Both the position numbers and the translations under genes were made by a program. Positions 18,973-27,861 of a stretch of 44,101 nucleotides of DNA are shown here, one piece after another (position 1 is the first letter of the stretch; each line of letters begins with the position of its first letter). The stretch lies in NCBI GenBank assembly GCA_044345405.1, contig JBIJBE010000029.1, positions 1 through 44,101 of the forward strand. The letters run 5' to 3'. The notes beneath the pieces were generated by a model. The model had not been told where the DNA came from and did no database searches. It saw nothing but the letters and a program-made list of their open reading frames with translations. The stretch is from Bdellovibrionota bacterium (GTDB lineage Bacteria > Bdellovibrionota_C > UBA2361 > OMII01).

Positions 18973-20964
18973 ATGAAACGTGGAACACTCCCCTCTCTTT
19001 GGGTCTCGCTGATTGTGTTCGCTGTGGCGGGAGCCGCCTCGCTATGCCACGCCCAAACCATAACCAGGGGCCCTTACCTGCAACGTGGTTCCAAAGACTT
19101 CGTCATCCTTAAGTGGAGAACCAGCAGCTCGATAGCACCGACCGTGAAGATCGGAACGACCCCGGGGGCGGAAAATTTCTCATTCAGCGGCTCCGCCGCC
19201 ACCAACCACCGTGTCGAGATATCGGGACTACAGCCATCCACGAAATACTACTACAAGGTCATGGCAGGAACCTTGCTTCTCGCGGGAGGAGATTCGTCTC
19301 ACTACTTCGTGACATCACCCAACGATGGTGACGAGCCGTTCAACGTCTGGGCATTCGGTGACTCAGGCATTTCAGCAACACTCGCGTCCGGCGAGCATCC
19401 CCAACAGGCCGCCGTGAGAGATGGATTTCTCAACGTCACGCCGCTTCAGGATCTCTCGTTCCTTATGCACCTCGGAGATATCGCCTACTACGAGGGAACA
19501 GATACTCAATATCAGCGAGGGCTCTTCGATATCTACCCCTCCATTCTGCGAGCGCTCACAACCTGGCCGACGCAGGGCAACCACGACTTCACCGCAAACG
19601 CCTACTACGATATCTTTTCACTCCCCCGCTCCGCCGAGGCTGGAGGCGTTGCCTCTTCGACCGAGGGATACTACTCCTGGGATTTCGCAAACGCTCACTT
19701 CATATCCCTAAACTCTGAGGACACCTCCACGCGAGTTGCGATGGAGGCGTGGCTTCGAGACGACCTCAGCGCGAGCACAAAGACCTGGCGAATAGTTATC
19801 TTTCATCATCCGCCCTACACCAAAGGCTCTCATGATTCCGACAACGTCGGAGATAGTTACGGCAAGATGCAGTATATGAGAGAGACCATCCTCCCTATCC
19901 TCGAACAGCATGGAGTCGATCTCGTGATGTCAGGTCATAGCCACTCGTATGAGCGGTCCTTTCTTCTTAACGGCCACTACGGACTCTCCTCGACCTTCTC
20001 AAATTCGCACAAAGTATCATCGACTTCAGGTCGCGACGAAGAGGCATACACGAAGAACACGCTGACCCCACAAGCGAACTCAGGCACGGTCTATGTCGTG
20101 GCCGGAAGTGGTGGTATGCTTGACGGCTCCGGTCCGCTCAACCACCCGGCGATGTTCACCTCGAAGGCTACTCTGGGCTCTATGTTTCTCGCGTTCAACG
20201 CGAACGAACTCACGGTCAAGTTCATCACGGGGAGCGCTACAATCGATGATTACTTCACGATTCGAAAGTCGCCATCTCGTCCGAGAGCACCCTCCGCACT
20301 GAATGTTCAAGCAGGCTCTGGATGCGGCCTCTCCTTGGCGTGGGGCGCCGCGTCGGGAGCGACCTCGTATGAGGTGTACCGTTCAGAAAGTAGAGAGACA
20401 CGAGGCGTATCCATCGCGGGCGGCATAACGACCACCTCCTACACCGATCCGGCTCCTACTCCGGGAACCTCTCATTACTATTCCGTTCGCGCGACCAATA
20501 GTGGTGGTAACGGACCATGGAGTGAACTCGATAGTGGAGTGGTCCCCACCTTGGATAGCGACGGCGACGGATCGCGGGATTGCGAGGACGAGTGCCCCAA
20601 TTCCCCATCGATCTCACGTCGTGGCGAATGTGGGTGCGAACACTCGCCGCTCGGAACCTTCGCTAACGGCAGCACCAACTGTCGGGCGAGGCTCACTCCC
20701 AAAAGAGTGCCCTCTCCTCCGCTCGTCACCTCCGCTGGTCGATTTGTCAAAATTAAGATGGACGCGTACAAAACCGGCGTTACCGGTTACTCCGTTACCG
20801 TTTCACAGAACGGCACGGTCCTTCAACGCCTCAACATGAAACGCCCAACGATTACCCTACGAAAAAAGTGGCGAGACACCGCGTGGATTCGCTACCGCAT
20901 CAAGTATAAGACTGGTGTTACACATGGAAGCACGCAGTGGAGCAGGGCCATACGCGCGAGATAA
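18973..20964 (+). CDS. Secreted purple acid phosphatase-like metallophosphoesterase with FN3 domains
   Basis: FGDSG, LGDIAY, GNHD, HHPPY, GHSHSYER; N- and C-terminal FN3-like segments; DSDGDG...DECP Ca-binding-like repeat. Confidence 0.88.
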   Translation: MKRGTLPSLWVSLIVFAVAGAASLCHAQTITRGPYLQRGSKDFVILKWRTSSSIAPTVKIGTTPGAENFSFSGSAATNHRVEISGLQPSTKYYYKVMAGTLLLAGGDSSHYFVTSPNDGDEPFNVWAFGDSGISATLASGEHPQQAAVRDGFLNVTPLQDLSFLMHLGDIAYYEGTDTQYQRGLFDIYPSILRALTTWPTQGNHDFTANAYYDIFSLPRSAEAGGVASSTEGYYSWDFANAHFISLNSEDTSTRVAMEAWLRDDLSASTKTWRIVIFHHPPYTKGSHDSDNVGDSYGKMQYMRETILPILEQHGVDLVMSGHSHSYERSFLLNGHYGLSSTFSNSHKVSSTSGRDEEAYTKNTLTPQANSGTVYVVAGSGGMLDGSGPLNHPAMFTSKATLGSMFLAFNANELTVKFITGSATIDDYFTIRKSPSRPRAPSALNVQAGSGCGLSLAWGAASGATSYEVYRSESRETRGVSIAGGITTTSYTDPAPTPGTSHYYSVRATNSGGNGPWSELDSGVVPTLDSDGDGSRDCEDECPNSPSISRRGECGCEHSPLGTFANGSTNCRARLTPKRVPSPPLVTSAGRFVKIKMDAYKTGVTGYSVTVSQNGTVLQRLNMKRPTITLRKKWRDTAWIRYRIKYKTGVTHGSTQWSRAIRAR

Positions 20965-20965
20965 T

Positions 20966-21895
20966 CTAGCGTCGAATCGCCTCGAGCGCCGCTAGTAATC
21001 GACCATGAATCACGCGTATATCGTCGGCAGTAGCGCTCGGATGAGCAAAGAACATAATTTTTTGACACCCTTTACGAGGTGCTGGTAGGTCAAGGGTCGC
21101 CAATCGCTCAATCTTCTCATCGTCTCCGATGACCCGATCCTTAAAAGCGTTTTTCGACTCATACTTGTCAGGGTTGATTTGTCGCGCGCGATCGAAAAGG
21201 CACCACTCACCCTTGGCCGATTTGACAAGGTAGAGAAGAGAAGCGTTCATCTCAACTCCCATACCAAGGGAGGCATCTCCTCCTAGACCACTGACGCCGT
21301 TAAGAAGGTAACGCTCGGGGTCGGCGATGCCAGGCCCCTCGTCAGCAACCATGGCCATGAGAATCCGATGAGGTGGTCTTCCTTCAGCAGGAATCGCGAA
21401 CTCCCGCGCGAACAGAGCGGCTGGGCCGAAACAACTCTTTCCAAATCCCACCGCACGCCAATCATGCCCGTGCTGTCCAACATTTCGTATCGCCTCTCCG
21501 ATCCCTCCGCGAACGGTCGAAGCACCAGTTGTGTAAAACGCTCGGAGGGAATGTTCAATCTGTGAATGATTGTACACGGCAGCGTACGGATCCCGGTGTC
21601 CACCCGCGTACGTAATGAATATAGGCCATGCGATGCAACCACCCACCTCCACACCACCCACCGCGCGGGCAGTCTCAACCGGAACAGTGTGTGTGGGGAC
21701 GGTCTGCGCGAATATATCGACGAGCGATCGAGCGCCAAGCGCTACGGAGCGGTCGTGAGGACCATCGACTCGCTTCTTGAGAAGAGAGCGCAACTCCCGA
21801 ACGAGCGATACCTCGAATTCAGGAGCGATAGACTCTTGCCTTGGATCGGGCACCCCATCACGAGGCCCCGTTCGGGTTGACTGTTTACTCGCCAT
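20966..21895 (-). CDS. Hypothetical protein with GHKL (HATPase_c)-like motifs
   Basis: EAIRNVGQHG (N-box-like), VADEGPGI (G1-like), GLG/GMG (G2-like). Confidence 0.6.
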   Translation of the reverse strand: MASKQSTRTGPRDGVPDPRQESIAPEFEVSLVRELRSLLKKRVDGPHDRSVALGARSLVDIFAQTVPTHTVPVETARAVGGVEVGGCIAWPIFITYAGGHRDPYAAVYNHSQIEHSLRAFYTTGASTVRGGIGEAIRNVGQHGHDWRAVGFGKSCFGPAALFAREFAIPAEGRPPHRILMAMVADEGPGIADPERYLLNGVSGLGGDASLGMGVEMNASLLYLVKSAKGEWCLFDRARQINPDKYESKNAFKDRVIGDDEKIERLATLDLPAPRKGCQKIMFFAHPSATADDIRVIHGRLLAALEAIRR

Positions 21896-21990
21896 GTCCT
21901 TGTTATGCGATATTTCGATCGCCCGGTATCCAAACGATTTTCAGATCCATGTAGGGGAACCTCGTAGTGGGCGAATGGCTGTGATGAGGG

Positions 21991-22269
21991 CTACTTGGAG
22001 AGCTCTCGCTCAAAAAAGAGCGTCCCAAAGGGGAGACACGAAGCCACCCAACATCGGGCGAGCTTAGGAAGACTCCAGCCGTCCCGACGAGCGAACACCG
22101 CGGCGGCCGCTACGTAGGCCATAAAGAGCACACCGTGCAGGGTACCGACCAATCGTACCGCCAACGGGTATCCCCAGATGTATTTCAGTGGCATAGCTAT
22201 CCCGAGTAACAGGATCAGCGATACCGCTTCCCAGCGGCCCAGCGAAATAAATCCTCGCTTCGAAATCAT
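21991..22269 (-). CDS. DUF3817-family small membrane protein
   Basis: EAVSLILLLGIAMPLKY, GTLHGVLFMAY, LPFGT. Confidence 0.85.
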   Translation of the reverse strand: MISKRGFISLGRWEAVSLILLLGIAMPLKYIWGYPLAVRLVGTLHGVLFMAYVAAAAVFARRDGWSLPKLARCWVASCLPFGTLFFERELSK

Positions 22270-22374
22270 TTCATCCCTCACAAGCTCTTCCCTTAGGGTT
22301 GGTAAGGTCTCCCGTAACCTCACATAAGTCAATCATTATGAGGGAAGCGCTAGCCGATCGTACAGACCAGCACT

Positions 22375-22611
22375 ATGGCCTACATCGAGTCCAATCTCTT
22401 CACGGCGGACTCAAGTGCTCTACTCATCAGCATACTGATACGGACGGAGGATCCCAACTACTCGACACGACAGACACAGGCGGTCGCCAGCTGGGCAGGC
22501 GAGCAGTTTGGAGGTGTTGGTTCGAAACCGCCAGACTATCTTAGCGACGAGCGGCGTTTCCTTGTAGAAACGCCGCTCGTCCCGAAAAACCCAGTAGACT
22601 ACTTAGCGTAG
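22375..22611 (+). CDS. Possible small hypothetical protein
   Basis: 78-aa ATG ORF filling an otherwise empty gap; 13-nt tail overlap with the convergent gene; no motif recognised. Confidence 0.3.
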   Translation: MAYIESNLFTADSSALLISILIRTEDPNYSTRQTQAVASWAGEQFGGVGSKPPDYLSDERRFLVETPLVPKNPVDYLA

Positions 22612-23264
22612 ACATCCGAAGCGCAGAGCACCCCGAGGGAATCATCGGCGCTAGCGTAAATAAAGAATGTTCCATCGGTTGCGTCAAAGGCCCGATAAAA
22701 CTGACTCATACAGTTGTTAATCACCATCGTATCAGCCGATTTCTGATCGGAGGTGCGTCCAGTGAACGGGAAGTTGAGAGTGTAGTCCTGCACCATCTTA
22801 CCAGCCTCGTAGATGCGGAACCAAACCACGATACCCGTCTTATTGTGCTGGACCGTCGCCTGACCACGTCGCCCGTCGTATTTATCGAACGCGACATAGC
22901 TTGAGGTCGGAAGACTAGCGGCGATAACACGCGCGGGAGCCGGCGTTGGGGTCGGCGTACCCTCAGTTAGCGCGCCGGTGACCACTCGTTGATTAAGGGT
23001 TACGAGTGAATTTTTAACATCCGTAACATTCGCGTTCACCGAGTTACCATTCTGCTTGAGGGCCTCCATTGAACGTCGTATCCGCGTCAACGATTGCCTC
23101 ATAGACTGAAGCTGACGAGACACCGTTGGACGTCGGGATGTGGCGCTCACCTGAGCCTCCGCCATCGACGAACCTGGAACTAAAAACGCCATTCCGATGA
23201 TGGCCCCCACAGCGATCCAAAACGCGGCTGCCATCCGATATGATCTCACTTCCTGAAACGTCAT
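22599..23264 (-). CDS. Secreted hypothetical protein (coiled coil, PT linker, small beta domain)
   Basis: Signal peptide, heptad-like segment, TPTPTP linker, two C-terminal Cys; GGAG SD before ATG 23264. Confidence 0.7.
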   Translation of the reverse strand: MTFQEVRSYRMAAAFWIAVGAIIGMAFLVPGSSMAEAQVSATSRRPTVSRQLQSMRQSLTRIRRSMEALKQNGNSVNANVTDVKNSLVTLNQRVVTGALTEGTPTPTPAPARVIAASLPTSSYVAFDKYDGRRGQATVQHNKTGIVVWFRIYEAGKMVQDYTLNFPFTGRTSDQKSADTMVINNCMSQFYRAFDATDGTFFIYASADDSLGVLCASDVYAK

Positions 23265-23787
23265 ACATTCACTCCACAAAAACGTGCGCTCGTCATAGAG
23301 CGACTGCCCGTAATCATACGCGCCGGTTGTGCCTAGTAAACGAAATCGCAACGAAAGCGGAACATATTTTTTCTCCTCATAACGCGGAAGCGTCGACTAC
23401 GATTCGACACGCATGCTCGCGCGAACGGTATCTGAAGCGGTTCTCATGTTATTTCAGGGTACACGCCTTACGGGATGTGTCGATTCACCATCGACACACT
23501 TCTCCGCCTCTCCATGCGGATTGAGGGAGACCCACTCTAGCGCGTACCGAACCGAGATAAGGCGCCCGTCCTCAAAGACCTCGACTTACCCCTGAGAAAA
23601 GCGGGGCATCGTTCTCCAGACAGCCAAAGGAACCAGGCCTTTACAGTTATAGCCTATATGCGCCTTACTAGACTGTAACTGCATTTTTGCGTGAGATGCG
23701 AGAAAACGATACACTACGGTTCGCGTGCGAGGGACGTATGTGGCACCCCTCCCACAGTACTGTACACAGAACGTCCGTGGAGACACC

Positions 23788-24435
23788 ATGCACATCAAGC
23801 CGATCGACCACAAACCCCAATTTCGAGCGCTTCGCTCCCTCGTAGCGCTTGCCGAACCCACCGTACGGGCGATGGTTCTTGAGGACCTTCTCAATAGAGC
23901 GGCTCATGGGGAGTTCGCGCTCGCCGATAGGTCAGTGATGAGTAGAGTGGACACCTCGCTTGCGTCCCTTCCGGAACGACTTGGACCATCAGCGGAGGCG
24001 GTCGCCGAGGCGGAGCGTCGAAGGGTGCGATTTTTGGAGACATACGCGATAGCGCCTCACGGAGAGGGCGGAATACGCGCCGATATGAAAGGAGCCTCCA
24101 TCACTGGCTTCCTAATGGACGCGGATCAGATATGCAGACTGATTCACCAGAAGCCCCTCGTCCACCATCATGAATTCCAATCCTGGATAGATTGCCGCCA
24201 TCCCGCGATAACAACCAAGCCGTCAGACACCCTTGAAGTCATCCCCGGCGAGCGATCGATATCGGGAGGGCATCAAGCCCTCATTTTCACCACTGGCTTA
24301 AGCGATGTCATGGCGGCCCACGCCGCTCACCTCGTTCTCACTGGCGCGAGCCTATTTCAAGGATGTCGCGCCAAGGCGTTGGATGGAGTCGTAGACTACT
24401 TCCCCTTTGGACTTTACATCCCCCGATATCGCTAA
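23788..24435 (+). CDS. Hypothetical protein
   Basis: GGAG SD before ATG 23788; longest ORF in the interval. Confidence 0.65.
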   Translation: MHIKPIDHKPQFRALRSLVALAEPTVRAMVLEDLLNRAAHGEFALADRSVMSRVDTSLASLPERLGPSAEAVAEAERRRVRFLETYAIAPHGEGGIRADMKGASITGFLMDADQICRLIHQKPLVHHHEFQSWIDCRHPAITTKPSDTLEVIPGERSISGGHQALIFTTGLSDVMAAHAAHLVLTGASLFQGCRAKALDGVVDYFPFGLYIPRYR

Positions 24436-24462
24436 ACTCCTGAGCTTAGCCTCTAACCACCA

Positions 24463-25683
24463 TCAACGAGGGGCCACCGCCTCTCGCAACACATGGTCAT
24501 AGAGCGAGGGCTCGACAAGGAAGGAATCGTGCCCCTTACGGGATGTGACAACAACAAGGTTGGAGTCAACACCCCCCTCCCGTAACGCTTGATGAAGATC
24601 CACTTGTTGGGCGGTAGGGAAACAGCAATCGGGTTCGATACCAACCACAGTAAACCGACTCTCTCGACACCGAGCGAAGAGCTCCGGGAAACTCGGAGTT
24701 TGGAACAAATCGAGAAATGTAGCGCCTTGCCATAACCCTAGCATGACGAGGTAAGAGTTGGCGTCAAACCGGTTAACGAACTTGGCCGCGTTGTTTCGTA
24801 GATACGATTCGACGGGGTAGAACATTCGATACGATGGATGACTCTCTGGGTTGGTCATCTGGGTTCCCGCTCGTTCAATGAGAGAGGATTGATCAACGAA
24901 GGTCATCTGCGCTATCTGCCGCGCCAAGACCAATCCATTGAGCGGTCCGCTCCCACCATAGTAATCCCCATTCTTAAAATGCGGATCGAGCACGATCGCT
25001 TGTTGCTGATGGAAATTTAGCGCTATCTGCTGCGAATTTGCCACGTGAGAGGTCGCGATCGGAACGATCGACTTCGCCCGGCCTGGATACTCAAGCGCGA
25101 AGGTTAACGCCATAATACCGCCAAGTGATGGCCCTACCACGGCTCGAAGGGAATCTATCCCAAGCTCGTCAAGCAAGAGTCCCTGAGAGCGCACGACATC
25201 GCGCGCATTAATCCAAGGGAATTCTGAGCCGTACCTGCGTCCCATCTTACCTGCCCCGGGCGCATCGTTCGAGACGCGAGAGGAAGGACCCGTGGTTCCG
25301 TAGCATCCACCCAACATATTGGCGCACACCACGAAGAGCTGGTCCGTATCGAGAGCCTTGCCGGGCCCGATAAACTCATCCCACCATCCGATCTGTAACG
25401 ATTCACTCCAGTCAACCACCAGGTCTTGTACATGACGATTCACACCGGCGGCGTGCTGAGAGCCACTGAACGCGTGGAAAACGAGCACGGCGTTATCTCG
25501 CGCCTCATTAAGGGTCCCATACGTCTCATAGGCGATGGTAAGGTCCTTTATCTCCTTCCCTTCGGTCAACGGGAACGAACGTCCGGTCCTTAAAAACTGA
25601 GTCTCAACCTCCCGACTTGGTCTAGGCGGGAACGCCATCGTCCCGAGAGAACCATCTATCCGGTCGCACTGTGTTGCTGTCAT
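24463..25683 (-). CDS. metX: Homoserine O-acyltransferase (MetX family, alpha/beta hydrolase)
   Basis: AYETYGTLN, HAFSG, GWWD..IGPGK.LDT, NMLGGCYGTTGP, nucleophile GPSLGG, RFDANSY, GHDSFL; SD GGAGAAGG before ATG 25683. Confidence 0.92.
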   Translation of the reverse strand: MTATQCDRIDGSLGTMAFPPRPSREVETQFLRTGRSFPLTEGKEIKDLTIAYETYGTLNEARDNAVLVFHAFSGSQHAAGVNRHVQDLVVDWSESLQIGWWDEFIGPGKALDTDQLFVVCANMLGGCYGTTGPSSRVSNDAPGAGKMGRRYGSEFPWINARDVVRSQGLLLDELGIDSLRAVVGPSLGGIMALTFALEYPGRAKSIVPIATSHVANSQQIALNFHQQQAIVLDPHFKNGDYYGGSGPLNGLVLARQIAQMTFVDQSSLIERAGTQMTNPESHPSYRMFYPVESYLRNNAAKFVNRFDANSYLVMLGLWQGATFLDLFQTPSFPELFARCRESRFTVVGIEPDCCFPTAQQVDLHQALREGGVDSNLVVVTSRKGHDSFLVEPSLYDHVLREAVAPR

Positions 25684-25843
25684 ACCTTCTCCATGTGGTG
25701 CCGCGTGTCGCGGCGGGCTTGCGTGAGAGCGGACAAAATCGGGGGGCACAAGACGCGAGCCCAAACCACCCAGCGATTCGCTGCAAGGGAGAACGGATCT
25801 CCCCATGATTTTTCAAGCGCGGCGGCTACCGCCCACGCGAGAC

Positions 25844-25946
25844 ACATCGCTCTCAAGGCTGGCTGTAGCACCTCTCAAAACACGGGAATGTTCTGTAGGT
25901 TGCCGGGCGGTCACAGGGCCAGTTCCCTCACGCCACTCACGATGCA
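25844..25946 (-). promoter_or_regulatory. SAM-I (S-box) riboswitch aptamer upstream of metX
   Basis: Minus strand reads GCATC-GTGAG-TGGCGTGAGGGAACTGGCCCTGTGACCGCC-CGGCAACCT...AGGTGCTACAGCC...GATGT, matching S-box P1, kink-turn P2 and GCAACC/GGTGC P3. Confidence 0.9.
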
Positions 25947-26227
25947 TAGAACACCTATTTAAGTGCCCTTAGGCTGATACTGTATATATCTGGCTCTACT
26001 ACGCAAGCGATCGAGCGTCGTTTCAGAACATGCCGCCGCTGAGAGCACCCCACCCACTCTCCTCAGGCGCCTAACCGGATACCGAGAAGCGCCCTCGCCG
26101 ACACCTTCCCGGAGGCAAGTCCCGTCATACCTTCAGGCCTCAACCGTCTGTAATTACCAGGGATATTCTAGCGGTATCGGTATTTTTCAATCTTGAGAAA
26201 AAGCGCCCCTTAGGGCATATCCCTTTC

Positions 26228-27511
26228 ATGACTGTTCAAAACCTTAGCTCCTCGCTCTATGAGTCCATTTGCAGCATGCACCGTCGAAATCGAACGGTAG
26301 CGTCGGCGTATGACACACCGCTCACCCCTCTCGAATCGAACACCCTGCCCGAGATTGAGGCGAATCCAGGTATCAACCTCGTGGAACTCAAAAACCGCCT
26401 CCATCTCGACCAGGTCTCAACAACCCGTCTCATCCAGGGCCTTGCGCACGACGGCTTGGTTACGCAAGAAAAATCAAAGACCGACCGACGTTTTAAAGAG
26501 ATCAAGCTCACCGCGAAGGGACGAAAGTTATTTGAGATCTCCTCCGAACGAGCCCTCGCAATCCATCAAAGCGCCCTCGAGCGCGTGCCAGCGAAGCAAC
26601 GGAAACTATTCGTCTCTTTGTTCCGCAAATTTAACGATGCCCTTGGCGCCGAAGCGGCCGCCGAGCTCCCAGGGGACGCCGCGACGATGCGAGAGGTGCG
26701 TCGAATATCTCGAGCCCTCGGCCTCCTGAGCCGGAATATGTTTGGACACGCGGAATGTTCGGCCATCGAGTGGTACACCCTCGATCTCCTCTCGCAGCCA
26801 GGAGCCTCCTCTCATGTCGTAGATCTGGCGGATCTCCTTGGAGCCCCCACAAAGACCTTCGCGGCCCTGGTTCAACGCCTCGTCACTCGAGGGATCATCA
26901 AACAATCGATCAACGCTCAGGATAATAGATACCGAACGATAACGCTCACCCCAGCTGGCAAGGCGCTTTACCGGAAACGTCGCGCGGCCGCGGAGAAATT
27001 GCTCAGTACCGCCCTCCTCAAACTCTCAACTCCGGAGCGTCGCACCATAACGCACCTCTTCAGTCTCTATACAGGTATGAACCTCCCGGCGGAGGGCACG
27101 GTCATTGCGTCGTCACTCCTCCTCCGGCGTATCAGTGACGAAAGTCTCCTCCCAGAGGCTCGGGCGTTTATCTACCGAGAACGTGTGAAGCAGGAACTCG
27201 TGCTGACCCAGTCTACCGATCTCCTGGGGGAAAAATCTGTCACCTACGCCGCATGGCTGAACGAAAAGATGGTGGCGGTTGCGAGCTTTATCCCCTCACA
27301 ACGCCAAGGAACGTGGGTCATCGCACACCTCATCTGGTCCGACTCCTACCGGAACGGCTCCGCTCAGTACGCCTGCATTCAGAAGCTCTTCGACCAGTTT
27401 TCTGTATTCACCGGCTGCGCGAGCATTATCTCTCCTCACACCGAGATCTCTGAGCCGCTTCGACAATTCGTCGAGGAGACCACCACGCTCAAGGTCCAAT
27501 CCGCGGCCTAG
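26228..27511 (+). CDS. Tandem MarR-MarR transcriptional regulator with a possible GNAT-like C-terminal domain
   Basis: Two wHTH units with wing motifs DRRFKEIKLTAKGR and DNRYRTITLTPAGK; C-terminal ~110 aa beta-rich region (YAAWLNEKMVAVASF). Confidence 0.8.
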   Translation: MTVQNLSSSLYESICSMHRRNRTVASAYDTPLTPLESNTLPEIEANPGINLVELKNRLHLDQVSTTRLIQGLAHDGLVTQEKSKTDRRFKEIKLTAKGRKLFEISSERALAIHQSALERVPAKQRKLFVSLFRKFNDALGAEAAAELPGDAATMREVRRISRALGLLSRNMFGHAECSAIEWYTLDLLSQPGASSHVVDLADLLGAPTKTFAALVQRLVTRGIIKQSINAQDNRYRTITLTPAGKALYRKRRAAAEKLLSTALLKLSTPERRTITHLFSLYTGMNLPAEGTVIASSLLLRRISDESLLPEARAFIYRERVKQELVLTQSTDLLGEKSVTYAAWLNEKMVAVASFIPSQRQGTWVIAHLIWSDSYRNGSAQYACIQKLFDQFSVFTGCASIISPHTEISEPLRQFVEETTTLKVQSAA

Positions 27512-27861
27512 CTGGCTTGGGTTCAGTCACTTCTGGGAGCTAAGGAGGTCCGCTTCGGGGCAATCCTAAGGTTATCGGATTGAACCCGCCGTATCCGCAC
27601 GGATAGCTGAAAGAGCCTCCACAGGCCCCATACCTACAACCACATACCCCCTTTTTGCCTCCTAGCCAATCGTTTCGCCACACCCAGGCGATATACGGCT
27701 ACCTCGTCCAGGTTCATAAGCGGCGCATTTATCGTTAAATAGGCTCGCTATGAAAGTAATATGACCCCGATCGCTTTACTAGCGTGGAGGAGCCGGTAGA
27801 CTGTACCTGATAAACAGCACCGCCCATCCCGTAGCCGCGGCGGCCCGAAATAAGAATACGT

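Noticed and set aside
23560-23640. GGAGA...TCTCAGG on the minus strand as a glycine riboswitch
   Set aside because: Lacks the central conserved GCCGAAG element and a glycine-related downstream gene
25684-25806. N-terminal extension of MetX given by the ORF track
   Set aside because: It lies in the riboswitch expression platform, and a strong SD precedes ATG 25683
27575-27592. GGGTTCAATCC on the minus strand as a tRNA T-arm
   Set aside because: No acceptor stem, D-arm or anticodon arm can be built around it
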